Positions 8,373 to 17,857 of a stretch of 26,731 nt of DNA are shown here, piece by piece. The notes below the pieces were generated by a model. It saw only the letters and a program-made list of their open reading frames with translations. It did not search any database and was not told the origin of the DNA. The number at the start of each line of letters is the position of its first letter. Within the stretch, counting starts at the first letter, position 1. The stretch lies in the IMG/VR virus record IMGVR_UViG_3300020383_000023, positions 1 through 26,731 of that record, one strand, 5' to 3'. This DNA comes from a virus. Its lineage: Duplodnaviria; Caudoviricetes. A program made the translations under genes and the position numbers.

Positions 8373-9899
8373 CTATTCTATTGTTTCATTACTGATTTGA
8401 TTTTCAGGTGATGAAATTATGCCACTATCAATTTCTTTTTTGATTTCAGCATCCATTTTCTTAATCTCTTGTTCAGTTTGTCTTAATATGTTTCTTCTAA
8501 CATAATTAACTGAATAATATTTACCAATATAATCTCTAACTTCTCTTGCCAAGTTTAATCTTTCTCTCATCATTTCAGAATTTTTTAATTCTGCAAAGTG
8601 ACCATCTTGTAAAAAGTCATAGAAAATATTATCTCTAACTTCAGGCCATTCCAATTCTGAAATTACGCCTTTAATTATTAGTTGTGTTCTTAATAGATCA
8701 TTAAACAATTCAGTAAATTTCTTTCTTAATCTGCCTACAAATTTAGTAAATTTTAATTCATCTCTACTAATTTCACTTGCACGACCAAGATTAAAACCTT
8801 GACTTGCCTCTAATCTACTTACAGGAACATTTAAACTTCTATAAAGTTTTGCTCTAAAATATTCTATGTCTGATATTTCACCAAGATTTTGTCCACCTGG
8901 TAGAGTAGTTATATCTGTTCCTCTTCCACCATCTCTACTTGGTAACCAAAAGTCTTCAAGCATTGACATATAATTCCTGTCATCTCTTATCTCACCTGTA
9001 CTTGCGTCATAGACAAGTTTGTTTCTATATCTTGCCATAACATCTCTTAAATATTGTTCTGCTTTTGCTTTAGGTAAATTACCTACATCAATTTTGAACA
9101 TTCTTCTTTCAGGTGCTCTTGCTATTCTGTATATAACAGCAGCGTCTTCAATCATACGTAATTGATTGACTGGTTTAATTGCCTTATGTAAATAAGACAT
9201 TACCAAACCATTTTTATTTTGATCTATAACACCTGATGGACAATATGCAATTGTATCAGGTGCAATTTTAATTCCTTGAATAGCAGCGGCGCCTTGTATA
9301 CCTCTTTCATTATATACAAAATATTCTACCGTTTCGTCTGCTATATTAATGTTAGTTGGAGAAACCATACCTTCTGGTCTTCTCTTTCTAACTTCTCTAA
9401 TTTTTTTGACCTTTCTAGGATCAAGGTATTTTAATTCTGTAATACCTGTTTTATGATTTTCTGCGTCAATAACCTTTTGGAAAAAGATTCTTCCATCAAC
9501 ATACCATCTTCTAAAAAGATCGTGTCCTCTAGTATTAAATTGTAATAGTCTTAAAACTTCAGAAAATTCTGATTCAATTTTTGCTCTAATTTTTGATGAG
9601 TATTGACCTAATTGATCTGTAACTACTTTAACTGATTGTCTATTCTCATTTGAAGTTATTGCCTCATTAACAATATCCTCAATTGCCATATCACATTCTG
9701 GATGTAAAGCAATCTCTCTATATCTTCTAATTAAGTCCTGCTCAGTTTTAGCAGTACCTTCCATATCAAGGTAACTACCAAAGAAACCACCAGCGGCAAC
9801 TACCTGTGTGCCATCTTCTGCTTGTGGTTGACTAAATTGTTGTTTTGGATCTGTTTTTGGTTTGACTCGTGTAATATTAAATCCAAATAACTCTGCCAT
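8373..9899 (-). CDS. gp20: Portal vertex protein gp20
   Basis: FRRWYVDGR, SYLHKAIKPVNQLRMIEDAAVIYRIARAPERR and MLEDFWLPSRDGGRGTDITTLPGG motifs. Confidence 0.99.
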   Translation of the reverse strand: MAELFGFNITRVKPKTDPKQQFSQPQAEDGTQVVAAGGFFGSYLDMEGTAKTEQDLIRRYREIALHPECDMAIEDIVNEAITSNENRQSVKVVTDQLGQYSSKIRAKIESEFSEVLRLLQFNTRGHDLFRRWYVDGRIFFQKVIDAENHKTGITELKYLDPRKVKKIREVRKRRPEGMVSPTNINIADETVEYFVYNERGIQGAAAIQGIKIAPDTIAYCPSGVIDQNKNGLVMSYLHKAIKPVNQLRMIEDAAVIYRIARAPERRMFKIDVGNLPKAKAEQYLRDVMARYRNKLVYDASTGEIRDDRNYMSMLEDFWLPSRDGGRGTDITTLPGGQNLGEISDIEYFRAKLYRSLNVPVSRLEASQGFNLGRASEISRDELKFTKFVGRLRKKFTELFNDLLRTQLIIKGVISELEWPEVRDNIFYDFLQDGHFAELKNSEMMRERLNLAREVRDYIGKYYSVNYVRRNILRQTEQEIKKMDAEIKKEIDSGIISSPENQISNETIE

Positions 9900-9917
9900 A
9901 ATTTATCTCCTTTTTAC

Positions 9918-9925
9918 TACTTATA
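9918..9925 (-). promoter_or_regulatory. Variant late promoter (TATAAGTA) for gp20
   Basis: One mismatch from TATAAATA; lies between the gp19 terminator and the gp20 SD. Confidence 0.65.
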
Positions 9926-9933
9926 ATAGTTTT

Positions 9934-9962
9934 AAAAGGGCGCTTTTGACGGCGCCCTTTAA
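9934..9962 (-). terminator. Intrinsic terminator after gp19
   Basis: Inverted repeat AAAGGGCGC...GCGCCCTTT with a short T-run. Confidence 0.8.
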
Positions 9963-9971
9963 TTTTATATA

Positions 9972-10499
9972 CTATGTTGTAGTGTTTGTTTCAAAATATT
10001 GATATTGAAACGTAACTCCAAAAGTTTCCACAGCGTCATTTTCTGAATAAGATAGGTCTATTGAACCCACTTCAACAGGAAAAGCGCCTCTCAAAGTATA
10101 AGATTTTAATGTATTACCGTTTCTGTCCAACTGATCTAAAAAAGCGTCAACCTGATAGTCAACAGGATTTGATAATCCTTCGTTGTCCGTCATATTGTTG
10201 ATACCGTTTTGCCATCTTTCAAAAGCATTTCTTAACTTAAAGTTCGTATCGTTAAGAACAGTTACAGCCCAATTTTCAAAAGTTCTGTCCCCTGCTATTT
10301 TGATTTGTCTGCCCCTAAAAGGAACATTGATGTTACCTACTGTCATAGCAGGTATTTGTGTCGCTGTACATAGAAACGCTAAGTCTTCTATTTCGCCACC
10401 AACTTGTGCGTAACCAGGAAAAGGCATTGTTACCTTAAACTGATTGGCTCTTGCGCCACCGCCAGCAAGTTTAGCTTTGAAGTCATTTATATTTGCCAT
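9972..10499 (-). CDS. gp19: Tail tube protein gp19
   Basis: GGGARANQFKV and VPFRGRQIKIAGDRTFENWAVTVLNDTNFKLRNAFERW motifs. Confidence 0.97.
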   Translation of the reverse strand: MANINDFKAKLAGGGARANQFKVTMPFPGYAQVGGEIEDLAFLCTATQIPAMTVGNINVPFRGRQIKIAGDRTFENWAVTVLNDTNFKLRNAFERWQNGINNMTDNEGLSNPVDYQVDAFLDQLDRNGNTLKSYTLRGAFPVEVGSIDLSYSENDAVETFGVTFQYQYFETNTTT

Positions 10500-10523
10500 T
10501 GTTTTATTTCTCCTTCTCTACTA

Positions 10524-12464
10524 TTAACCGCCTGCGACTTCTTCAAAAGAAACGCCAGTTCTGGTTGCTATAAACGATAGTGTGATAAAGTTGATACTTC
10601 TTGCAGGTTTCACAAAGATTTCTGCAATAAATTCATTTCTATCAATTACTTCGCCTGTGTTGTTAGTTTCATCACAAACTACTAAAAAGTCTGTGATACC
10701 TCTACGACCTTGTACTTCTCTTAAAAAAGGTTCTACAATGTTTCTGAAATTCGCTCTTGTAAATTCATCATTGAACTCAAAAAGTTGGAATTTAGAAGCA
10801 GTTGATATTGCCTTCTCTAAAATTATGAACAATCGTCTGACATTGATTCTATCAAAAGCACTTGGAGATCCAAGTCCAGTTTTATCTCCAAACAAGACTG
10901 TGCCTTGTCCCGAGAAAGTTGCAACTGGATTTACTCTACTTGTGTAAAGATCATCTCTTTGTTGTTTTGTAGGGTTGTATGCTAATTTAGCAGCGCCTCT
11001 AATAATACCTCTATTATATCCAGCAGGTGAGTACCAAGCGTCCGCTAAAATGTCTGTTCTAGCAGCCAATCCAGCAATGTCTCCGTTTAAAGGTACATAC
11101 CTGTAAACGTCATTATATCTGTCGTAAGTGTATTTGTAACCACTATCAAATACAACATAAGAAGATGAACGGATTCCATTAAAGAAATCAGTTACATTAC
11201 TTGTTTGTGTATTTGAGTTTGCGATATTAACAACATCACTTCTCTGTGGAGAAGCGAATACAACTGTGTCTTTTCTATTTTCAGCAATTGTAATTAAGTT
11301 ATCAATATGACTTGATGAACCACTAGGTCCAGCGATGAGTAATCCTACATCAACTGTATCGGCGTCATTAAATTTCTCATAACCAGATTTTAATTGACCG
11401 TCAGTTACAGCAGAACCATCAGCACCACCTGATAAAGATTCAGTTGTTGGAGTATCAACAGCAGTATAAGTTGTTCCTGCAGCTGCATTGCCCCAATTGG
11501 TTCCAGAGGTATTATGATCCATCCAAAATATGTAACTAGATTTATTCTGAATTACAGTTGGATAGTAATTAATCTCTCCTTGTGGTGATTTAGCGTCTGA
11601 AGCTTTTGAAAGTTTAGAATATGTTTCTAATACTGTTCCAGGAACTCCAGAAACTGTTCCATCTTCGTCTATTACAACTACGTGTATTTCATCACCAACA
11701 CCTGATCTGTCAGAAGCGTAAGTAGAAGTTCCAGGAGTGCCATCAACTTGATCGGCGTATCTCCATTTTCTTCTTATTCTTGCGTTATCTACAACGGCTG
11801 TGATTAATCCACCAGCACCTCTAGGACTTTGTACAATAGTTACCTGCGTTGATGTTAAAGCAGTTACTCTATATTTTTCACCAGTAGTGAAATCTACTCC
11901 AGCAGCAGTTGAACTAAACTCAATGATGTCTCCAACATTAAGATAACTCGTTGCGTCTGAATCGAGTGTTATTGTAGTGTCTCCAGCAGAGGCAGAGCCA
12001 TCCACTTGTTGAGATGTTGTTGTTGTTGAACCAAATGCGTTTGCACTTGGACAACTTGCGACTAATAAACTATTACCCCAAGCACCCGCTGATCTAGCAA
12101 CGAAAGTGCCAACTGAAGCTTGTCCAGTGGCGTAATTGTCTTCATAGTCTTGTCTATTTTTTACAAGTAAACCAGCAGCATTTGATGTTGCGTTTAGTTG
12201 ACTTGTTTGGTTAGCTCGTACTATTCTTAATGCGTTTGAATATTGTAAGAAGTTAGCAGCGCTGAAAAAATACTCAAAGTTATTTAAATCAGGTTTACCA
12301 AACGTACTTACAAGTTCTTGCTCACTAGAAACAGATATGATCTCATCCAACGGTCCCTTACTGAATTGTCCAGCAAAAGCACCAGTAGAAGTTGATACAG
12401 CAGGAATGATTCTTGTTAAATCCTTTTCCTGTACGAGAACACCAGGTGATACTTGAAATGCCAT
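10524..12464 (-). CDS. gp18: Tail sheath protein gp18
   Basis: SPGVLVQEKDLT, WYSPAGYNRG and FDRINVRRLF..LFEFNDEFTR motifs. Confidence 0.98.
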   Translation of the reverse strand: MAFQVSPGVLVQEKDLTRIIPAVSTSTGAFAGQFSKGPLDEIISVSSEQELVSTFGKPDLNNFEYFFSAANFLQYSNALRIVRANQTSQLNATSNAAGLLVKNRQDYEDNYATGQASVGTFVARSAGAWGNSLLVASCPSANAFGSTTTTSQQVDGSASAGDTTITLDSDATSYLNVGDIIEFSSTAAGVDFTTGEKYRVTALTSTQVTIVQSPRGAGGLITAVVDNARIRRKWRYADQVDGTPGTSTYASDRSGVGDEIHVVVIDEDGTVSGVPGTVLETYSKLSKASDAKSPQGEINYYPTVIQNKSSYIFWMDHNTSGTNWGNAAAGTTYTAVDTPTTESLSGGADGSAVTDGQLKSGYEKFNDADTVDVGLLIAGPSGSSSHIDNLITIAENRKDTVVFASPQRSDVVNIANSNTQTSNVTDFFNGIRSSSYVVFDSGYKYTYDRYNDVYRYVPLNGDIAGLAARTDILADAWYSPAGYNRGIIRGAAKLAYNPTKQQRDDLYTSRVNPVATFSGQGTVLFGDKTGLGSPSAFDRINVRRLFIILEKAISTASKFQLFEFNDEFTRANFRNIVEPFLREVQGRRGITDFLVVCDETNNTGEVIDRNEFIAEIFVKPARSINFITLSFIATRTGVSFEEVAGG

Positions 12465-12557
12465 AAGTTATTCTCCTCTAATTAGCTAATTTTTTTCATT
12501 TATCTTCAAAATTCGTATTATTCATACGCCCATAGTTAAATTTACATACTATACGGA

Positions 12558-12565
12558 TATTTATA
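12558..12565 (-). promoter_or_regulatory. T4 late promoter for gp18-gp19
   Basis: TATAAATA on the minus strand just after the gp17 stop. Confidence 0.8.
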
Positions 12566-12577
12566 ATAACTGTGAAC

Positions 12578-14221
12578 CTAATGACTTTTACGCACCACAG
12601 GTATCCATCTATCTCCATACTCATCAATCGTTTCTTCATTCTGTGGATCAGTATTGATACCATCATCTACAAAACCAAATGGTGCCATATCTTCTTCAAT
12701 TAGTTTTGATTGTTCTTTATACATTTGCATACGAGCATTTTGATCTGTTAATTCTTTAAAATAACCTTGATTAGATAACCAACCAAAGATAACTAAGCAC
12801 ATCATTAAATCATCATTACTACCTTCTTCTGCCTGCCAAGATTGACCTCTCTTTGCAAAGGTTGACATTTCCTCTATGATTTTAAATGAGTTAATAATTA
12901 ACTTATCTCCTTCAAAAATTGTCTTTAAATTAGCACAACCAACTCTTTTTATCTGTTTAGTCATACGAACACCCATAGATGAACCACGACCACTAAACAT
13001 AGCACCAAGTATTTGACCTGCTCTTCCTTTTTGAGTACACATTAATACATTTGGATACTCTATCTCAAAGTTTAATGCTTCTGCTATTTGTTGACCTATG
13101 TCATTTACTTCGGTTAATATGTGTGCCTCATTATATCGTTTTGCCATTTCAGCAATAACATTAGGAAACACAAAAGGTTTAATCTGATTATTTTTAAAAA
13201 GAGCAACTACTTTAAAAGGCATTTTAGTTACATCAAATACAATAAATGCTGAATAGTCTTTATCTACACCTCTTGCGACATCAACTGTTATAACATAAGT
13301 ATGTCCTTTTATAGGTTCTTCAAATTGATCTGCACCTCCTTTTGACACAATAGGATCAAAATAAATTGCACTTTTAATTTTCGCTGGTGATATAAGCGTG
13401 TTAACTGATCCTAAAAACTCACATTCAAATTCTTGTGCAAATTGTTCAGGTGATGTATTTCTTACAGTCATCTCTTTCCAAGCGTCATCTCTTCCTGGAA
13501 CCTCTGACCAATGTACTTCAATAGGTATATAATCGTTTCTTTTCTTTTCTGCGTCAACCCATAACTTATAAAATTGATTCATACCATACGGTGTTGATAC
13601 TATAATAACTTTTGTAGTTTTACCTGATGTGATTGTAGGATAAACTGAACTAAAAAACATCTCGGCAATATTTGTAGGTACGAAAGCAAACTCGTCAAGG
13701 AATATTATATTATAAGAACCACCTCTTATAGCAGATGATGATGTTGCAGCCGCCACAATGGTTGATTTATTTTCTAATTCTATATTACCTTTGTTCCAAT
13801 TAATTACGCCTTGTTGCATCCATTTTGGTAAATTTTCATATGCAAGTTGAAGTCTACCTAATATATCTCTAGCAGTTGATGATTTGTTTGCAAGTATAGC
13901 AATATTTGAATTTGGATTAAACATTGCATAGTGCATTAAATAAGCAACAGTTGTCGTTGACTTACCTGATTGTCTAGGCAATTTGCAAATAGTAAATCTA
14001 CTAGTATGAATAGTATTAACTATCTTCTTTTGAAAAGGATATAATTTAAATTCTATAAGACCTTCATCTAGGGAAACGATTTTCATCCATTTCTCCATAA
14101 AATAAATTGGGTCTTCTTTACACTTTTGAAATTCTACTATTTGATCTTTAGTAAACTCAACTGGTGTATTGACCTTTTTTAAATTAGGGTTACCTAAATA
14201 TGCGTCTGTTTGAATACTCAT
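12578..14221 (-). CDS. gp17: Terminase large subunit gp17
   Basis: YLGNPNLK, Walker A PRQSGKST, Walker B IIFLDEFAF, nuclease motifs VDVARG..DYS and DDLMM. Confidence 0.98.
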   Translation of the reverse strand: MSIQTDAYLGNPNLKKVNTPVEFTKDQIVEFQKCKEDPIYFMEKWMKIVSLDEGLIEFKLYPFQKKIVNTIHTSRFTICKLPRQSGKSTTTVAYLMHYAMFNPNSNIAILANKSSTARDILGRLQLAYENLPKWMQQGVINWNKGNIELENKSTIVAAATSSSAIRGGSYNIIFLDEFAFVPTNIAEMFFSSVYPTITSGKTTKVIIVSTPYGMNQFYKLWVDAEKKRNDYIPIEVHWSEVPGRDDAWKEMTVRNTSPEQFAQEFECEFLGSVNTLISPAKIKSAIYFDPIVSKGGADQFEEPIKGHTYVITVDVARGVDKDYSAFIVFDVTKMPFKVVALFKNNQIKPFVFPNVIAEMAKRYNEAHILTEVNDIGQQIAEALNFEIEYPNVLMCTQKGRAGQILGAMFSGRGSSMGVRMTKQIKRVGCANLKTIFEGDKLIINSFKIIEEMSTFAKRGQSWQAEEGSNDDLMMCLVIFGWLSNQGYFKELTDQNARMQMYKEQSKLIEEDMAPFGFVDDGINTDPQNEETIDEYGDRWIPVVRKSH

Positions 14222-14808
14222 ATCTTATCTCCTACTTGTCTTGTATATCCCATCCAACCTGTTATTATATATTTATCATATGTTTTTGATATTTGACCTC
14301 TATGTGTATGTGTAAAGTCAGTCGGCCAAATTAAAGTTAATCCTCTTTCGGAAGGTGAAGTTATATTTTGATATTTAAAATGTGTACCTGCATTAGGAAC
14401 ATCATTTAAATAAGTCAACCATACTAGACAACGATTCTCCATCTTTGATGTTCTTTCACAATGCTCAGAAAAGTATCCTCCACCTGGTGGATAATATTGT
14501 ATGTTTGCACCTTCGGTCATTCCATACTTATGAAACCCTTTAACTTCTGGATATTTTTCTTCATATAAAGAACAACAATCTTTTAATACTTTTTTATATG
14601 CCATAAATCTCGGTTCGTCCCAATCAGGATGTAAACCAAGGTCTATGGAATCTTTTTGTTCTTTTCTAACACTATAAGGTCCACCTATAACACCTTGTTT
14701 ATGATGTTCTTTATTTTCATTAAATAAATCTATAAGATCATCACAAATTTGGATATCAATATACCAACCTGCTATAAAACTTTCGTATGGTAAAATAAAT
14801 TCTCTCAT
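14218..14808 (-). CDS. 2OG-Fe(II) oxygenase family protein
   Basis: NIQYYPPGGGY..HCER, WLTYLNDV..GT.F and LIWP..FTHTHRG..KYIITGW: an HxE...H facial triad of the marine phage prolyl-hydroxylase-like family. Confidence 0.88.
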   Translation of the reverse strand: MREFILPYESFIAGWYIDIQICDDLIDLFNENKEHHKQGVIGGPYSVRKEQKDSIDLGLHPDWDEPRFMAYKKVLKDCCSLYEEKYPEVKGFHKYGMTEGANIQYYPPGGGYFSEHCERTSKMENRCLVWLTYLNDVPNAGTHFKYQNITSPSERGLTLIWPTDFTHTHRGQISKTYDKYIITGWMGYTRQVGDKI

Positions 14809-15425
14809 TTATCCTCATCAAAAGAATCAGGAAATCTTTTCAAAAAATACCTTCTGCATTCCAACTTTCCTAATTCATCATACTCAAATAAATCTGGACT
14901 CGGTGTACCACTAGTTAATTCATCTACTTTATAATAAGCATACATATCTGGTACCATTGCGTCTGACCAACTTTTATAATTTAATTCTTCTGTAAAATCT
15001 TCATATGTTAAAAAATTATTTTCTCCACCTGGAAATGTACACTCACTATAATTAATTTTCCATTGATCTTTAGTTCTATGAAATAACTCTTTGTTTAATG
15101 CAAGAGAAATTTCTCTACTTTCAGCGTGTATAAATCCATCCCACATTCTTCCTATTGATGAAATTATAACATATGCTTGAGCACCTACCATTTTATCATT
15201 TTCAAAAGCTGCTAGATACTGCCACTTTCTTAAATTTACCCATTGAAAAATAGAACCTTTCATATCTTTTTTATAATCATTACATTTTAAATAGTAATTT
15301 TCATTACAAGTATGTAATTTATAACAATTAAGTTTATTTGAAGCAGTTATAATAGTCTTATCACCTTGAAACCTTTTAGCAATCCATCTTAATACATCCA
15401 TTCCTGATACATTTTTATATATCAT
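14805..15425 (-). CDS. Hypothetical protein with a possible GNAT-like fold
   Basis: 206 aa, ATGA overlaps at both ends; YLAAFENDKMVG beta-hairpin resembles GNAT strands 2-3. The fold is a guess. Confidence 0.5.
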   Translation of the reverse strand: MIYKNVSGMDVLRWIAKRFQGDKTIITASNKLNCYKLHTCNENYYLKCNDYKKDMKGSIFQWVNLRKWQYLAAFENDKMVGAQAYVIISSIGRMWDGFIHAESREISLALNKELFHRTKDQWKINYSECTFPGGENNFLTYEDFTEELNYKSWSDAMVPDMYAYYKVDELTSGTPSPDLFEYDELGKLECRRYFLKRFPDSFDEDK

Positions 15426-15739
15426 ACTTGTAATTCAAAAACATCAAATTCAATGCCTTCTAACTCTTTTGGTTTGCCTTTAGGATAAGTCGGCCAAAGT
15501 TGGAATTCTTCTCCAGTTGTATCACTTTTACAACCTGCAACTAACCAATCCCATTTAAATTCTCCGTCTATAACAAACTCGTTCATCACTTCATATCTTC
15601 CATCTGGTTTTTGTAAAAGTAATTCTTCTTTACACTCTTCCATATTTTTATACCAACCTTGCATTTGAAAAGTTTGTTGAGTATCAATTGGACTATGCCC
15701 AATTAAATATGCTAGTATTAATATTTTAAAGTCGCCCAT
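15422..15739 (-). CDS. Hypothetical protein, 105 aa
   Basis: AAGGGGG SD-like motif; short hydrophobic N-terminus; two Cys (MEEC, AGCK). Confidence 0.6.
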   Translation of the reverse strand: MGDFKILILAYLIGHSPIDTQQTFQMQGWYKNMEECKEELLLQKPDGRYEVMNEFVIDGEFKWDWLVAGCKSDTTGEEFQLWPTYPKGKPKELEGIEFDVFELQV

Positions 15740-15759
15740 TGGACCCCCTTAAAACTTTT

Positions 15760-16245
15760 TTATTTTGGTGTGATGTCTTTGCCGTTAAAGGATTCATTTT
15801 CACTTTTTCTTTCACTATTTGTTTCAATAGTTTTTTTATTTAACATTTTTTGTAGTTCAGCAGTTGATCCAACAAACAAAGCATTTTTGATTTGTGCATT
15901 TGCTGTTTTTGGTAACTCTTTTAAGTCTTTTAATTTTTTTTGCAAGTCTTGTAATTTGTCAACCGTCAGCCCTACTGATTGAATTAATTGACCTGCAACT
16001 TCATATGCTCTAGGGTGTTGACCTTCTTTTGCAATATCTAATATACCTTGTATTGCTTCTTGTCCTTTTTCAATTAAACTATAATAATTATCTCTACTAT
16101 AATCATAATCTGTATTAATATCTTTTTCAACTTTTATTTCTACTTCACCAGTTTTTCTTTTAACAGGTGGTTGAAATTCTTTCGGTTGAGGAATAGGTGT
16201 ATCTACTCCTAATATATCATTGACTCTATCTTCCAATTTACTCAT
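15760..16245 (-). CDS. gp16: Terminase small subunit gp16
   Basis: DYDYSRDNYYSLIEKGQEAI, HPRAYEVAGQLI and NALFVGSTAELQKML motifs. Confidence 0.95.
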   Translation of the reverse strand: MSKLEDRVNDILGVDTPIPQPKEFQPPVKRKTGEVEIKVEKDINTDYDYSRDNYYSLIEKGQEAIQGILDIAKEGQHPRAYEVAGQLIQSVGLTVDKLQDLQKKLKDLKELPKTANAQIKNALFVGSTAELQKMLNKKTIETNSERKSENESFNGKDITPK

Positions 16246-17041
16246 CTTCTCCTGTTACTGGATTATATTTTTTACTATCTTCAAAGAAACTAATAGTTGT
16301 TGTAAATCCAAAATCATCATCTGCTTCAGCATCCTCTGGATTTGGTATAATCACAATTCTTTCTTCTCTTGCTAATTTAGGATCCGTATCTGCCCCTAAA
16401 TCTGCCTGTGTCTGTTTAATAACACCTTGATTGTTCATAGGTCCAAATAGATAAGTCTTAGCAGTAAAACTTAAAGTATATATAACTGCTCTTCTATTTG
16501 TAAATTCTCCATCATAATTATCTTCATAATTAATATTTCCTAATGTAATAGGAATATCCCTTTTAATATTTAAAGCAGGTACAGCATTAATAGTTACTGT
16601 ATAGTCTGGTTGAAAGTAAGGTAAAATCTGTTCAACAATTTGTAAACCATCTTCAGCAGTTGCTGTGAATATATATAAGTCCATATCAATGTCATATGGA
16701 ACAGGTGTATAATTGAAGTTAGTTTTTTTACCATCTTCACCTGTTTTAACTTGTGAATATTTTTGAACACGAGTCAGTTTTCTACTAGCGTCATATTTAA
16801 GACCTTTTATTTCAAATCCCATACGAGGTAATGATGTTGCAAATTCTCTACTATTTAAATTTGCTTGTTGATCTAGTCTTACTAAAAACTTTTCTTTTGG
16901 CGCATATGCAAGAGGTACTTTTATTCTAGCAGTTACACCGCCTGTACTATTTGTTCTTTGAATAATTATATTATTAAAGACTTGTCCAAATGCAATAATT
17001 AGTCTTCTAAAACTTTGATTATAAAATCTATTACCTAACAT
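16238..17041 (-). CDS. gp15: Tail sheath stabiliser / tail terminator gp15
   Basis: FGQVFNNI, KVPLAYAPKEKFL, LPRMGFE and QIVEQILPYFQP motifs. Confidence 0.95.
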   Translation of the reverse strand: MLGNRFYNQSFRRLIIAFGQVFNNIIIQRTNSTGGVTARIKVPLAYAPKEKFLVRLDQQANLNSREFATSLPRMGFEIKGLKYDASRKLTRVQKYSQVKTGEDGKKTNFNYTPVPYDIDMDLYIFTATAEDGLQIVEQILPYFQPDYTVTINAVPALNIKRDIPITLGNINYEDNYDGEFTNRRAVIYTLSFTAKTYLFGPMNNQGVIKQTQADLGADTDPKLAREERIVIIPNPEDAEADDDFGFTTTISFFEDSKKYNPVTGEDE

Positions 17042-17853
17042 TATCTATCTTCATCTCCAAATGGATTTCTTTCTGTAAAGTCTAATATATCATCTAAAGC
17101 AGAAGAAGTATCAAATCCTGCTTCTTTATCTAAATCGGTATTTGAAGCATATGATGATTGAGTTTGTATTGATGATTCTGTAAAGTCTTCGCTCATTAAA
17201 AATGCTGGTTCACCTGTTGATAAATCTGTTTCTAATAGTATTGATCCTTCACCATCTAAAGCAACTTGACCACTCTCTAAACTAAATTTGTAATTTAATT
17301 GATTTAATGTGTACTTGTCTTCAGCAGCGTCAATAACATTTAAACCTGTATCAAGTTTCTCACTTGAATATTCCCAACGAGTGACTCTTAATTTGTAAAC
17401 TGGTAATTGACCTAACGCAAAGAAAGGTTCCTGATCTTCAACAAACTGTATTTCAAAAAACGAGTTCATTAAAGGATAATATATTATATCACCTTCGTTT
17501 GGTCTGCCTTCAGCAATTAAACTATCTTTTTGACCTACGTGGAAAGACCAACTTCTTTTAGACACCATAAATGTAGTGTCTTCTCTAATCTCTAATCCAA
17601 ATTTGGAAACTATTTCTTGTTGACCTGCAAAACCTTCCGTAGACTCTATGTACATCTCAATCAACCAAGAGTCATCAAAACGAGAAGTTGTATCTTCTCC
17701 TAATATTAAATCTCTATTGACTAGTGTTCTAGGTAGGTAATAAACATCGTGGCCGTAAATTTTAAGACCTTCAACTATTAAGTCTTCGTGTAATCTTTTT
17801 TCATTTTGATTACCAATGCCGTTGCCGCCCTGGAAGTAATGATTAACTGGCAT
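17041..17853 (-). CDS. gp14: Neck protein gp14
   Basis: IYGHDVYYLPR, SKFGLEIRED, RPNEGDIIY.P and C-terminal DFTERNPFG motifs. Confidence 0.95.
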   Translation of the reverse strand: MPVNHYFQGGNGIGNQNEKRLHEDLIVEGLKIYGHDVYYLPRTLVNRDLILGEDTTSRFDDSWLIEMYIESTEGFAGQQEIVSKFGLEIREDTTFMVSKRSWSFHVGQKDSLIAEGRPNEGDIIYYPLMNSFFEIQFVEDQEPFFALGQLPVYKLRVTRWEYSSEKLDTGLNVIDAAEDKYTLNQLNYKFSLESGQVALDGEGSILLETDLSTGEPAFLMSEDFTESSIQTQSSYASNTDLDKEAGFDTSSALDDILDFTERNPFGDEDR

Positions 17854-17857
17854 AGCA

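Noticed and set aside
12578-14221. Intein, intron or homing endonuclease in gp17 or other core genes
   Set aside because: Lengths are normal, frames are continuous, and no splicing or HNH/GIY-YIG motifs were seen.
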